Shown: one piece after another, positions 1-9,907 of the stretch
How positions within the stretch are numbered: position 1 is the stretch's first letter
Layout of the letters: every line of letters begins with the position of its first letter
Assembly (NCBI GenBank): GCA_965223705.1
Contig: OZ245015.1
Span: forward strand, 480,001-544,000
Direction: 5' to 3'
From: Myxococcota bacterium
Lineage (GTDB): Bacteria; Myxococcota_A; UBA9160; UBA6930
Length of the DNA stretch: 64,000 nt
The notes under the pieces: generated by a model
What the model saw: only the letters and a program-made list of their open reading frames with translations
Told to the model about the DNA's origin: nothing
Database searches by the model: none
Program-made: the position numbers and the translations under genes

Positions 1-1
1 G

Positions 2-91
2 AAGATGCTGGCGAGCGTGTCGGGGACCATCCACGCCGGCGTAATCCTGACGGTGCTGCTCTACCTGGCCGGCACCTTCCTGAACGGCTAG
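2..91 (+). CDS. 3' end of a membrane protein (partial, runs off window start)
   Basis: Open frame KMLASVSGTIHAGVILTVLLYLAGTFLNG* ending TAG at 89-91; hydrophobic, GC3-rich codons. Confidence 0.5.
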   Translation, partial: KMLASVSGTIHAGVILTVLLYLAGTFLNG

Positions 92-108
92 CGCAGGCTC
101 GCGAGCCG

Positions 109-459
109 CTAGCTCCCCGGTGCTGCCGCCGCCTCGAGGTAGGCGTGCAGCGCCGGGAGCTCGGCTTCGAGGAAGGGAAGCGCGACCATCACCCGACTGT
201 CGCGTTTCGGCGTGTAGCCCTCCGGGTACTCCGCCCGCAGCACCCGCGCCTCGAGAAGTTCGAGGGAGGCTCCTGCGACCGAGGGACCCAGCCCGCCTTC
301 CTGGTTCGGGTCGGGGGCGTGGCACGCCATGCAATTGTTCTGGTAGACGACCTTGCCCCGCGCAGCGAGGGCGTCGCCGGCGGGCGCTTCGGGTCCGCCG
401 CCGCACGCCAAGGTCGAGCCCGCTAAGAGGAGCAGGGCTCCGTATCGGATCCGATTCAT
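109..459 (-). CDS. Monoheme c-type cytochrome, probable lipoprotein
   Basis: CMACH heme motif, G-x-x-V-Y-x-x-x-C and GP-S-V class I cytochrome c pattern, signal peptide with lipobox-like TLAC. Confidence 0.85.
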   Translation of the reverse strand: MNRIRYGALLLLAGSTLACGGGPEAPAGDALAARGKVVYQNNCMACHAPDPNQEGGLGPSVAGASLELLEARVLRAEYPEGYTPKRDSRVMVALPFLEAELPALHAYLEAAAAPGS

Positions 460-502
460 GCGTCTCCTCGAGAAGAGAGCGCAGCTTAGCTACCTCCCCG
501 GG

Positions 503-1045
503 GTGAGGCATCGCACCGAATCGAACTTCCGCTTGACGCCTCCTCACTTCCTGACGGCATCGCGGGTTCTCGCGGGACCGCTGATCTTGGTTCTGCTCAC
601 GCGGCCCGCTCCCGGCTGGGCCTCCCTCGTGTTTGCACTCGCCGTGGCCAGCGATCTCGTCGACGGGCGTATTGCCCGCGCTCGGGGAGAAGCGACAAGC
701 GGCGGTACTTTCTTCGATCACGCGGCCGATGCGTGGTTCGTCACCTTCGGGCTCCTGGCCTACGCCGCGCGTTTGCCGCTGACGCCGCTTCTGCCGCTCG
801 GGATCGCCCTCTCGTTCCTCGAGTACGGCTGGCCCTACCTCCGTCGAAGGGAGCCCGTACGGGGCAGCCCCTTGGGACGCTTCAACGGAGTGGCGTACTA
901 CGCCTTGCTCGGGACGCTACTCGGCGCCGACGTGCTCGCTTGGGACGCGTTCGCTGCGGGTGTCGCGCGGTTCGCCGGCGCGGCGCTCGTCGCGACGACC
1001 GTCGCTTCAGTCCTGTTGCGGCGCCGGTCCCGTCGCTTCGTCTAG
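503..1045 (+). CDS. CDP-alcohol phosphatidyltransferase family protein
   Basis: Signature SDLVDGRIARARGEATSGGTFFDHAAD; P-x-x-LT-x-x-R N-terminus; start re-chosen at GTG 503 (uncertain). Confidence 0.85.
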   Translation: MRHRTESNFRLTPPHFLTASRVLAGPLILVLLTRPAPGWASLVFALAVASDLVDGRIARARGEATSGGTFFDHAADAWFVTFGLLAYAARLPLTPLLPLGIALSFLEYGWPYLRRREPVRGSPLGRFNGVAYYALLGTLLGADVLAWDAFAAGVARFAGAALVATTVASVLLRRRSRRFV

Positions 1046-1969
1046 TGCGCGATTCGCCCGGGACAAGAAGATCAGCCCGATCGCCGCGTTGAACAACACG
1101 AAGAAGTTGTGCTGCACGAACCCGAAGGCCGCCATCGGTCCCGGATGATCCGGGTAGAGGGTGGGCCAAAGCGATACCGCCACCGCCCGAAAAGGGCCCG
1201 GAACGAAGGTGCCAAAGAAGATCACGGGAAGTGTCGCGAGCATCTCTCCGAAACTGGTTTCCACCCCGAACAGAGACAGCGCCTGGGAGTAGACCAATAC
1301 GCCGGCGACCAGAGCGGGCGACCGCATCGCCATCACCGTCAGGTACTGCCACGCCCGCGCTTTGCGGAAGCTCGCGAAGAGGGGCTTTCGGGTGAGCGCG
1401 ATCCGGGCGCCGACGGGCGTTCGGAAGAGGGCCAACACGACGCCCCAGATGACCAGGCCGCCCACGGCGAGCGCCGGCACCCCCCGAAAGATGGTCATCA
1501 CTTCCGGGAGGACGTCCCAACGCAGCAAGATTCCCGCCGCCGCCCACATCAAGAGATAGAGGAACTCGCAGAACATGATGACGAGCATCGTCGAGCCCAG
1601 CTCCCAACCGGGCACGCCTTCGCGGCGATTGAGATAGAGCGCGATGGCGCCTTTGCCGACCTGCTCGTTCAGGATCGACAAGATGTACGCGCTCGCTCGG
1701 ACCGGGAGCAAGCTCGAGAACGAGATCCGCTTGTTCCACCACGAGACGCAGCGCCACAGGATCGCCGTATCGATCAGAAAGAAGACCACCGAATACGGAA
1801 TCATCCAGGCGAGCCACGCGAGCCAGTTGACGGACGCGAACACGCCGCCGAGGTACCCGAAGACCGTGTCGCCATGGCGCGCGGCGGCCGCCGCGATGCG
1901 CGTGTACAGGTAGCCGAAGCACAGTGCGGTGATGAGCCAGGGGATCGCTTGCCGGAAGAAGCGTTTCAT
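1007..1969 (-). CDS. Lysylphosphatidylglycerol synthase TM / flippase-like (UPF0104) membrane protein
   Basis: Multiple TM helices, N-terminal basic + hydrophobic segment; similar layout to 54853..55824. Confidence 0.55.
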   Translation of the reverse strand: MKRFFRQAIPWLITALCFGYLYTRIAAAAARHGDTVFGYLGGVFASVNWLAWLAWMIPYSVVFFLIDTAILWRCVSWWNKRISFSSLLPVRASAYILSILNEQVGKGAIALYLNRREGVPGWELGSTMLVIMFCEFLYLLMWAAAGILLRWDVLPEVMTIFRGVPALAVGGLVIWGVVLALFRTPVGARIALTRKPLFASFRKARAWQYLTVMAMRSPALVAGVLVYSQALSLFGVETSFGEMLATLPVIFFGTFVPGPFRAVAVSLWPTLYPDHPGPMAAFGFVQHNFFVLFNAAIGLIFLSRANRALDEATGPAPQQD

Positions 1970-2883
1970 TGCGGGCTTGTCCTACTCGCTTCGCGGCGCA
2001 GCACGTGCCGCAAGGTGTCGTCCAGGGGCCGAGGTGTCGTGCCGAGCGCCTGGAAGAGCGGGGAAGGGTCGACTTCGTCGTCGTGAAGGAGCACGCCGAG
2101 CATCGCTTCAGTAAGCGGCGGGTTTGCGGAAAAACGCTCGGCCATGCGCGCGAGCCAGCGGACGACGGTGACAGGTACATGCAAGGGGCGAGGGTTCGTT
2201 CCGAGCAGTGAGGCGGCGCGCAACACCAAGTCGCGATGGGTCAGGCATTCGGGGCCGGCGATTTCGAACGCGCCGGTCAGCGGTTCGCCGCGCAAGGCGG
2301 CGGTGCAAGTCGACTCGACGAAATCTCGCGCGTCGAGAGGCTGCTCTTTCGACATGCCGTCGCCGATCCACACCGCCCGGCCGCTCGCGCGGGAATAAAG
2401 CGCCCGGGCGGCGGGGCTCTCCGGTGACAAAACCATCGGGGCCCGCAGCACCAGGGCGGGCAGGTCGCTGTCCATGAGCAGCGCATCGCTCCGCCCGCGG
2501 GACGCCAGGCACGAGTTCGCGGCGTTCGGGTCCGCGCCGACGATGCTCGCGGCGACAACGCGCAAACCGCCCACTTCCCGGAGCGCGGAGATGAGTGCGC
2601 GGGTGACGCCTTCGTGGGTGTCCGCGTAGCGCGCCGCGCGGGTCTCCTTGATGATCCCGACCAGGTGGATCACCGCATCGCAACCTTCGGCCGCCCGAGC
2701 GAGCGCCGCATCGTCGTGATAGTCGACGCGGACGATTTCCGGAGGGCGCGAAGCGAGGTGGCTGGCGACCATGGCCTTCGCGCGCTCCGAGCGAACGAGT
2801 GCGCGCGCGGCAATCCCCCGCAACCCCAACAAACGAAGGAGCGGGATTCCCAGTTCACCGTTGGCGCCCGTGACGAGCAGCAT
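1966..2883 (-). CDS. NAD(P)-binding atypical SDR (NDUFA9-like epimerase family)
   Basis: MLLVTGANGELG Rossmann motif, VIHLVGII, FEIAGPE; ATG at 2883. Confidence 0.8.
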   Translation of the reverse strand: MLLVTGANGELGIPLLRLLGLRGIAARALVRSERAKAMVASHLASRPPEIVRVDYHDDAALARAAEGCDAVIHLVGIIKETRAARYADTHEGVTRALISALREVGGLRVVAASIVGADPNAANSCLASRGRSDALLMDSDLPALVLRAPMVLSPESPAARALYSRASGRAVWIGDGMSKEQPLDARDFVESTCTAALRGEPLTGAFEIAGPECLTHRDLVLRAASLLGTNPRPLHVPVTVVRWLARMAERFSANPPLTEAMLGVLLHDDEVDPSPLFQALGTTPRPLDDTLRHVLRREASRTSPQ

Positions 2884-2967
2884 GGCCGCATGGTACTGCG
2901 CGAGAGGCCTGCGCCACGCCCCTGCTACACTGACCGCCAGCCGTTCCCAGGCCGCTCGAGGGGTACC

Positions 2968-4560
2968 GTGTCCACCGTCGTCCAGAGTCTCCTCGCGCTG
3001 CAGCATCGTGAAGGATGGCTTCCTCCCGACGAGCTTCGAAAACTCGCCCGAGAACGCCGGTTGCCGCTCCACCGCATCGAGAGCGTCGCGAGTTTCTACA
3101 CACACTTTCGACGCACGCCCCCGCCGAAGCACACGGTCGCCGTCTGCCGCGATCTCTCTTGCGCGCTCGCCGACGCAGGGGCTTGCCCTTCGATTCGCAG
3201 CGCTCTGGCGTCTCGCGGAGACGTGGAAGTCGCCGAGGTCTCCTGCCTCGGGCGTTGCGAAGATGCCCCGGCGGCAGCATTGGACGACCGCCCGCTGCGC
3301 GCCGACCCGGCTGTTGTCGCCCGCGCGCTCGACGGCGACGAGACCGCTTTTCTCGAATTGGCTCCCCCGAGCAGTTGGGACGCAGAAATCTACGCGGATC
3401 GGTCTGCACGCTACGGCACGTTGCGCAGGGCACTCGGCGCTCCGCGAGAACGGCTGGCGGAAGAGTTGTCGCAGGCGGGCTTGCGGGGGATGGGCGGCGC
3501 GGGCTTTCCGACCGGCCGCAAGTGGCAACTCGTCGCGGCGGAGAGCGAGCCCGAGAAGTACGTCATTTGCAACGCCGACGAGAGCGAGCCCGGGACCTTC
3601 AAAGACCGCCAAATCTTGGCGGATCTCCCCCACCTCGTGATCGAGGGCATGGTGCTCGGCGGCTACGCCATCGGCGCGAGGCACGGAACGATCTTCATCC
3701 GCAATGAATACGCCCTCGAGCGTGCTCGCGTAGAAGAAGCGGTCGAGGAAGCGCGTGCGATCGGAGCGATCGGCTCCGACGTATTCGGGAGCGGTTGGTC
3801 TTTCGACGTCGATGTTTTCGTTTCGCCGGGTGGCTACATCCTCGGCGAAGAGAGCGCGCTTCTCGAGTGCATGGAAGACCGCCGCGGCGAGCCTCGCAAC
3901 AAGCCGCCCTTCCCGGGGACGTCGGGCCTCTACGGAAAGCCGACGCTCATCAACAACGTCGAGACGTTTGCGCACGCGACGGCCATCATCGCGCGCGGCG
4001 CGGCGTGGTGGGAGACGTTGGCCTCCGGCGAGTTCGCCGGTCACAAGTGGATCAGTGTAAGTGGCGACGTCGCCCGGCCAGGCGTCGTCCTCGTTCCCAT
4101 CGGAACGACGCTCGGCGGTTTGCTCGAGCGCTGCGGCGGGATGCGCGACGGTGCGAAGCTCGCGGCGGTGGCGCCCGGAGGTGCGTCGAGCAATTTCCTG
4201 CCTCCGAGCGCACTCGACACGCCTCTCGATTTCGAGGCGCTGCAACAAGCGGGCTCGATGCTCGGTTCCGGCGCCGTGATCTTCCTCGCCGAAGGGCAGT
4301 CCCTCTTGTCGGCCGGCACCAACGTCGCGCGGTTCTTTCGGAACGAGTCCTGCGGCAAGTGTGTTCCGTGCCGCGTCGGGACGGAAAAGGCCCTCGACAT
4401 GTTGGGAGAAGGCGAGGCGCTCACCGGCGCAAGCGAAGCACGCCTGCGCGAGCTCCACGAAACGCTGCGCCGTACGAGCATTTGCGGTTTGGGTCAGGTC
4501 GCCCTCGCGCCGCTGCTCTCGATCCTCGATCGCTTCCCCGACGCAAAGACCGGCACTTGA
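2968..4560 (+). CDS. Fused NuoE/NuoF-like NAD(H)-dependent flavoprotein (FdsG/FdsB-like diaphorase)
   Basis: N-terminal VASFY, VCRDLSC and SCLGRCEDAP 2Fe-2S motifs; GLRGMGGAGFPTG, CNADESEPGTFKDR, GEESAL, ESCGKCVPCRVG, SICGLG; GTG start after GAGGGG. Confidence 0.9.
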   Translation: MSTVVQSLLALQHREGWLPPDELRKLARERRLPLHRIESVASFYTHFRRTPPPKHTVAVCRDLSCALADAGACPSIRSALASRGDVEVAEVSCLGRCEDAPAAALDDRPLRADPAVVARALDGDETAFLELAPPSSWDAEIYADRSARYGTLRRALGAPRERLAEELSQAGLRGMGGAGFPTGRKWQLVAAESEPEKYVICNADESEPGTFKDRQILADLPHLVIEGMVLGGYAIGARHGTIFIRNEYALERARVEEAVEEARAIGAIGSDVFGSGWSFDVDVFVSPGGYILGEESALLECMEDRRGEPRNKPPFPGTSGLYGKPTLINNVETFAHATAIIARGAAWWETLASGEFAGHKWISVSGDVARPGVVLVPIGTTLGGLLERCGGMRDGAKLAAVAPGGASSNFLPPSALDTPLDFEALQQAGSMLGSGAVIFLAEGQSLLSAGTNVARFFRNESCGKCVPCRVGTEKALDMLGEGEALTGASEARLRELHETLRRTSICGLGQVALAPLLSILDRFPDAKTGT

Positions 4561-5378
4561 TGTCCGTTGCTGGGGCGGTCCTGTGCGGTGGCCTTTCGAG
4601 CCGTATGGGGCGACCGAAAGCCCTTCTCCCGTGGCAGGGTACGACCCTCGTGGAACACATGGTCTCGGCACTTCGGCCGGTCGTCGATCGCGTTCTGGTG
4701 ATTTCGTCGGAAGCGCTGGCCCTACCGGGTCTCGATGCGTCCGTCGTGGTCGACCGCGAGCCAGAGCTCGGTCCCCTCGGTGCGATTCGAGAGGCGTTGG
4801 CAGCGGCTACCGAGAAGAGAGTCGTCGTCGTCGCGACCGACGCCCCGTTTCTCACGCGGGAGTTTCTCGCGGCCTTGCTCGACGCTGGTGACGTCGTCGC
4901 CGCGCGCGACGAAGAGGGCATCGTCCAACCTCTCGTCGCCGTCTATCCGACGGCCGGATCGGACACCGCGCAGCGGATGGTCGAAGCCGGCGTGCGGAAA
5001 CCGATGCAGCTTCTCGAAGAACTCGGCGTTCGCCCCATCGATCCCGAAGCCTTGCCGCGCGTTCAGAGCCTTCGCGGTTTCAATACGCCCGAGTCGTACC
5101 TGTCCGCGGTTCGCAGCGTCGAACCCGAAGCGAAAGCGACGGTCGAGTTCTTCGGGCGCCCGCGCCTGGCCGTCGGGGCGCGTCGGCGACAGGCGCGGAT
5201 CAATGCGCTCGGGGCGCTCTTGGAAGAAGCGGCACCCGAAGTCACGTGGCTCGAAGACGGGAAACTGTCTCGCGAGTTCCTCATCTCGCTCGACGGCCGC
5301 GCCTTCGTCCGCAACACGTCGCTGCCGGTGGGTCCCGGAGAGACCGTCATTGCGCTCGACGCACCCGCCGGAGGGTAG
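4560..5378 (+). CDS. mobA: Molybdenum cofactor guanylyltransferase fused to a C-terminal MoaD/ThiS-like domain
   Basis: AVLCGGLSSRMGRPKALL, GPLGAI, ATDAPF, QPLVAVY, FNTPE; C-terminal ~85 aa ending DAPAGG; ATG overlaps upstream TGA. Confidence 0.85.
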   Translation: MSVAGAVLCGGLSSRMGRPKALLPWQGTTLVEHMVSALRPVVDRVLVISSEALALPGLDASVVVDREPELGPLGAIREALAAATEKRVVVVATDAPFLTREFLAALLDAGDVVAARDEEGIVQPLVAVYPTAGSDTAQRMVEAGVRKPMQLLEELGVRPIDPEALPRVQSLRGFNTPESYLSAVRSVEPEAKATVEFFGRPRLAVGARRRQARINALGALLEEAAPEVTWLEDGKLSREFLISLDGRAFVRNTSLPVGPGETVIALDAPAGG

Positions 5379-7088
5379 ATGTTCGGTTACCACGGGCGGT
5401 ACCTGCGGAGCGATCTTACGACCGGCGAGTGCGTCGCGGTCGACATCCCCGACGATGTGTTTCGGCGCTACATCGGCGGCGTGGGCCTCGCCGCGTGGTT
5501 GCTCCAGCGGGAGCATCCGACAGGCGTGTCCGCCCTCGACCCACGCGCGGCGCTGGTGTTCGCGTTTTCTCCGCTCGTCGGCACCGGTGTGACCACCTCG
5601 GCAAAGTTCGCCGTGGCCGGGAAATCCCCTCTCACCGGGATGTTCTGCGACGCGATGTCGAGCTCTCACTTCGCGATCGCGGGGAAGGGGCTCGGCGCCG
5701 ATGCGCTCGTTTTCGTCGGCGCGGCGCCGGGGCCGTCGATATGGGTCAACGGGGTTTTGGAGCCCACGGATCTCTTTGGCCAGAGCCCCGCCGAAGTCGG
5801 CAAAGCCATGCGCTCGCGGGGGCGTTGTGTTGCGATCGGGGTCGCCGGAGAGAACCGGGTTCCGTTCGCGTGCCTTTCTTCGGAGGGACGCCACGCCGGA
5901 CGGGGTGGGCTCGGCGCCGTCATGGGCGCAAAACGGCTCAAGGCGATTGTCGCCTGGGGCCACGCGGAGACCGCCGTCGCAGATCCCGCGCGCCTGACCG
6001 CGCTGACGCGCGAATGGCGCGAACGAAGCCTCGGCCCGGGCACCGCGAAGTACCGAGAGCTCGGAACGGCGGCGAACGTGGCGGCCTTCAACCGACTCGG
6101 GCTCCTCCCCACGCGCAACTTCCGGTCCGGGCACTTCGACGGCGCCGAGGACGTTTCGGCCGAGCGCCTGGGCATCGGAAGAGCCCGAGAGCGGCGATCG
6201 TGCGCGTCGTGCACGATCGGTTGTGACCATCGCTACGGAACCGGCGACGGGAAAACCGTGCGGGCCGAGTACGAGAGCTTGTTCGCCCTGGGGCCGCTTT
6301 GCGGTGTGGCGAATCCCGATGCAATTCTCCGGGCAGCGGCCCGCTGCGATGTGCTCGGACTCGATACGGTGTCGACGGGCGTTACCCTCGCGTTCGCGAT
6401 GGAGTGCCGCGAAAAGGGCTGGCTCGACACAGGCCCCGCTCCCACGGACGGAGAGGCTTGGCTCGACGCGATCGACGATATCGCGCAGCGGCGCGGGGTG
6501 GGCGAGCTGTTGGCTCAGGGGTCGCGCCATCTCGCGCGAATGCTCGGGCCGGAAGCGCAGGCGATCGCCCCGGAGGTCAAAGGTCTGGAGCTTCCGGGCT
6601 ACGAGCCCCGCGCGCTTCCCTATATGGCTTTGGGGTTCGCGGTCGGTACACGAGGAGCGGACCACAATCGCAGCAGTGCGTACGAAGTCGACTTTTCGCC
6701 CGAATCGGATCGAGGCGTGGCCGCCGTCGTCGCTGCAGAAGACCGCTCCGCACTGCTCGACTCGCTCATTTTGTGCAAGTTCCTGCGCGGGGCCTTCGAC
6801 GACTTCGAAGCCGAGGCGGCGGCATTGCTCTCCGCGGTCACTGGAGTGCCGTTTGGCGCGGGCGAGCTGCGAGAAATCGCGGCGCGGATCGTGACAGCAC
6901 GCAAATGTTTCAACGTTCGAGAGGGCTGGACCCCGAGCGACGATACGCTGCCCGCCCGCTTCTTCGACGAGCCCCTCGACGATCGTACGCCGGCACTCTC
7001 GCGCGAGGCGTTGGCGAACAGGATCAGGGAGTACAATCTCGCTCGGGGCTGGCAACCCGATGGTTATCCCGAGGGAGAAGGCGCGTGA
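5379..7088 (+). CDS. aor: Aldehyde:ferredoxin oxidoreductase family (tungsten-type AOR/WOR)
   Basis: GYHGRYLRSDLT, YIGGVGL, KSPLTG, IGVAGEN, AGRGGLGAVMGAKRLKAI, CASCTIGC, EYES, VKGLELPGYEPR, RGADH, DTLPARFF. Confidence 0.92.
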   Translation: MFGYHGRYLRSDLTTGECVAVDIPDDVFRRYIGGVGLAAWLLQREHPTGVSALDPRAALVFAFSPLVGTGVTTSAKFAVAGKSPLTGMFCDAMSSSHFAIAGKGLGADALVFVGAAPGPSIWVNGVLEPTDLFGQSPAEVGKAMRSRGRCVAIGVAGENRVPFACLSSEGRHAGRGGLGAVMGAKRLKAIVAWGHAETAVADPARLTALTREWRERSLGPGTAKYRELGTAANVAAFNRLGLLPTRNFRSGHFDGAEDVSAERLGIGRARERRSCASCTIGCDHRYGTGDGKTVRAEYESLFALGPLCGVANPDAILRAAARCDVLGLDTVSTGVTLAFAMECREKGWLDTGPAPTDGEAWLDAIDDIAQRRGVGELLAQGSRHLARMLGPEAQAIAPEVKGLELPGYEPRALPYMALGFAVGTRGADHNRSSAYEVDFSPESDRGVAAVVAAEDRSALLDSLILCKFLRGAFDDFEAEAAALLSAVTGVPFGAGELREIAARIVTARKCFNVREGWTPSDDTLPARFFDEPLDDRTPALSREALANRIREYNLARGWQPDGYPEGEGA

Positions 7089-9907
7089 GCGAAGACTCGC
7101 TAATCGAGCTGACGATCGACGGGCGCGCGGTGCGTGTCGCGCCGGGTACGACCCTCTGGGACGCAGCCCGGCAGATGGGGGTCGAGATTCCCACGCTGTG
7201 TCACGACCCCGCTCTGCGCCCTGTCGGCGTATGTCGAATGTGCGTGGTCGAAGTGGGCGCGGGAGCCCTCGCCGCTTCGTGCGTGCGGGCTTGCGAGCCC
7301 GGCATGGAAGTCACGACGCGAAACGCCGAGATCGAGGGGCATCGCGCAGTGCTCACCGAACTCCTCATGGCGGACCAACCGCCTCGCGACGCCGACCCGA
7401 AGGAGCAGACCGTCGGAGGAAACGAGCTGCTCGCGTTGGCCGATCGGTACGACGCCCACGGCGACACGTTCCGGGCGAGCCGCTCGGGGTCTGCCGAGGT
7501 GCGGGGAGCGGACTCGAGTTCGCCCGTCATCGCCGTCGATCACCAGGCGTGCATCCTGTGCGACCGCTGCATCCGCGCGTGCGACGACATACAGAGCAAC
7601 GAAGTGATGGGCCGAACCGGCAAGGGCTACGGCGCGCGGATCGCGTTCGATCTCGATCAACCGATGGGCGAGAGCAGTTGCGTGTCCTGCGGCGAGTGCG
7701 CCGCGGCGTGTCCTACCGGGGCGCTGGTCGACAAGGCGGTCGGTGCGCCGCTCGCACCACGGGAGGCGCTCACGCAGGTCGACAGCGTATGTCCTTACTG
7801 CGGGGTGGGTTGTGCGATCCGCTACCACGTCGACCGACCCAACAATCGGGTAGTGTTCGCCGAAGGTCGCGAGAGCCCCGGAAATCACAGCCGCTTGTGC
7901 GTCAAGGGACGCTATGGCTGGGATTACACCCAACACCCGCAACGGCTTACCCGACCTCTCATCCGCCGCGAAGACGCGTACCCCAAGGGTCCGTTGTCCC
8001 GCGATGTCCGGGGAGAGCACGACGGTCGCCGCAAGCCGGGCGGAGTGGTCGACTACAACGAAGTCCTGCCCGCGTTTCGCGAAGCCACCTGGGAAGAGGC
8101 GCTCGACTTGGTTGCGGAGCGACTCCTCGCGGTTCGCGAAGAGCACGGGGCGCGGGCGCTCGCCGGGTTCGGGAGCGCCAAGTGCTCGAACGAAGAAGCG
8201 TATCTGTTTCAAAAGCTCGTTCGGACGGCGTTCGGCACCAACAACGTCGACCACTGTACGCGCTTGTGCCACGCGTCGAGCGTCGCGGCGCTGCTCGAAG
8301 GCATCGGCAGCGGCGCCGTCACCACCACCTACGGTGACATCGCCAACGCCGACGCCGCGCTTCTCGCGGGGACGAACACCACGTCGAATCATCCCGTGGC
8401 GGCGAGCTTCTTCAAGGAAGCGCGCAAGCGGGGAACGAGGTTGATCGTCGCCGATCCCCGGGAGTCCGAGATCGCTGCCCACGCGGACTACTACTGTCGC
8501 CTGAAGCCCGGGACCGATGTCGCTTTCTATAACGCGCTCATGCACGTGATCCTCGAAGAGGGTCTCGAGGATCGGGCGTTTATCGACGCGCGCACCGAGG
8601 ATTTCGAAGCGCTTCGCGAACACGTCAAGCGCTACGACCCGAAGCGCGCCGCGGCGATCTGCGGCGTCCCCGCCGATGTGATTCGCGAAGTCGCGCGCAT
8701 TCTCGGCCGGGCGAACAGCGCCGTGATCTATTGGGGCATGGGCATCTCGCAGCACGTGTACGGGACGAACAACGCGCGCTGTTTGATCGCGCTGGCGCTG
8801 TTGACGGGGAACGTCGGCAAACCCGGTGCCGGACTCCACCCGCTGCGCGGCCAGAACAACGTTCAGGGCGCCAGCGACGCGGGCCTCATCCCGATGGTGT
8901 ATCCGGACTACCAGCCCGTCGAGGATCCGGCGATTCGGGCCAAGTTCGAGAAAGCCTGGGGACGCGCGCTCGATCCGGAGCGGGGCTTGACCGTGGTGGA
9001 GATCGCGGCCGGGGCACTCGCCGGAACCATCCGCGGCATGTACATCATGGGCGAGAACCCGTTTCTGTCCGATCCGAACACCAACAAGGTGAGAAAGGCG
9101 CTCGCGAATCTCGACTTCCTCGTTGTTCAAGACATCTTCCTGACGGAAACGGCGGAGTTCGCCGACGTGATCCTCCCCGCCGGCGCCTACCTCGAGAAGC
9201 TCGGGACGTACACCAACACCGATCGCCGGGTGCAGATCGGAAAGCCGGCGCTCGAGATGCCCGGCGAGGCGCGCTTCGACTGGGAGATCTTGTGCGACAT
9301 TGCGACCCGCATGGGCGTCCCGATGCGCTACGACTCGCCCCGTGAGATCTTCGACGAGTTCGCCGGCCTGACCAGCGCGTATCAGACACTCACCTACGAG
9401 AATCTCGGCCCGACGGGAAAGCTGTGGCCGAACCCGAACCCGGAAACGGACGACGGTCCGGTCGTGCTGTTTGATGACGCGTTCCCGACGGAAAGCGGGC
9501 GCGCTCGTTTCGTTCCCGCCGAGTGGACGGCCGCACCGGAGCTCCCGAGCGATGAATACCCACTGGTCCTCAACACCGGCCGTTTGCTCGAACATTGGCA
9601 CACGGGATCGATGACGCGACGAAGCAAAGCCCTCGACGCAATCGTTCCCGAAGCGGCCGTCGCGATGCATCCCGACGACGCGGAAAAGCTCGGCATCCGG
9701 GCCGGGGACCGCGTTCGCGTCACGAGCGCGCGAGGCTCGGTCTCCCTCCGAGCGGATCTCTCGGAGCGCGAATGCCCGGGGGCCGTGTTTATTCCGTTCC
9801 ACTTCCGAGAAGCGGCCGCCAATTTGTTGACGCTCGATGAGCTCGATCCCGACGGAAAGATCCCGGAATTCAAGTTCTGCGCGGTCCGTGTGGAGCCTTG
9901 CGATTAG
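7085..9907 (+). CDS. fdhF: Formate dehydrogenase alpha subunit (Cys-ligated, FdhF/FdsA-type with N-terminal Fe-S domains)
   Basis: IPTLCH..CRMCVV 2Fe-2S; CILCDRCIRAC, CVSCGECAAACP; CPYCGVGC; NNVDHCTRLCHASS; PLRGQNNVQG; C-terminal PEFK; GTG 7085 overlaps aor stop. Confidence 0.95.
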   Translation: MSEDSLIELTIDGRAVRVAPGTTLWDAARQMGVEIPTLCHDPALRPVGVCRMCVVEVGAGALAASCVRACEPGMEVTTRNAEIEGHRAVLTELLMADQPPRDADPKEQTVGGNELLALADRYDAHGDTFRASRSGSAEVRGADSSSPVIAVDHQACILCDRCIRACDDIQSNEVMGRTGKGYGARIAFDLDQPMGESSCVSCGECAAACPTGALVDKAVGAPLAPREALTQVDSVCPYCGVGCAIRYHVDRPNNRVVFAEGRESPGNHSRLCVKGRYGWDYTQHPQRLTRPLIRREDAYPKGPLSRDVRGEHDGRRKPGGVVDYNEVLPAFREATWEEALDLVAERLLAVREEHGARALAGFGSAKCSNEEAYLFQKLVRTAFGTNNVDHCTRLCHASSVAALLEGIGSGAVTTTYGDIANADAALLAGTNTTSNHPVAASFFKEARKRGTRLIVADPRESEIAAHADYYCRLKPGTDVAFYNALMHVILEEGLEDRAFIDARTEDFEALREHVKRYDPKRAAAICGVPADVIREVARILGRANSAVIYWGMGISQHVYGTNNARCLIALALLTGNVGKPGAGLHPLRGQNNVQGASDAGLIPMVYPDYQPVEDPAIRAKFEKAWGRALDPERGLTVVEIAAGALAGTIRGMYIMGENPFLSDPNTNKVRKALANLDFLVVQDIFLTETAEFADVILPAGAYLEKLGTYTNTDRRVQIGKPALEMPGEARFDWEILCDIATRMGVPMRYDSPREIFDEFAGLTSAYQTLTYENLGPTGKLWPNPNPETDDGPVVLFDDAFPTESGRARFVPAEWTAAPELPSDEYPLVLNTGRLLEHWHTGSMTRRSKALDAIVPEAAVAMHPDDAEKLGIRAGDRVRVTSARGSVSLRADLSERECPGAVFIPFHFREAAANLLTLDELDPDGKIPEFKFCAVRVEPCD

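Noticed and set aside
7085..9907. Selenocysteine recoding in formate dehydrogenase
   Set aside because: Active site reads RLCHASS with a TGC codon; no in-frame TGA
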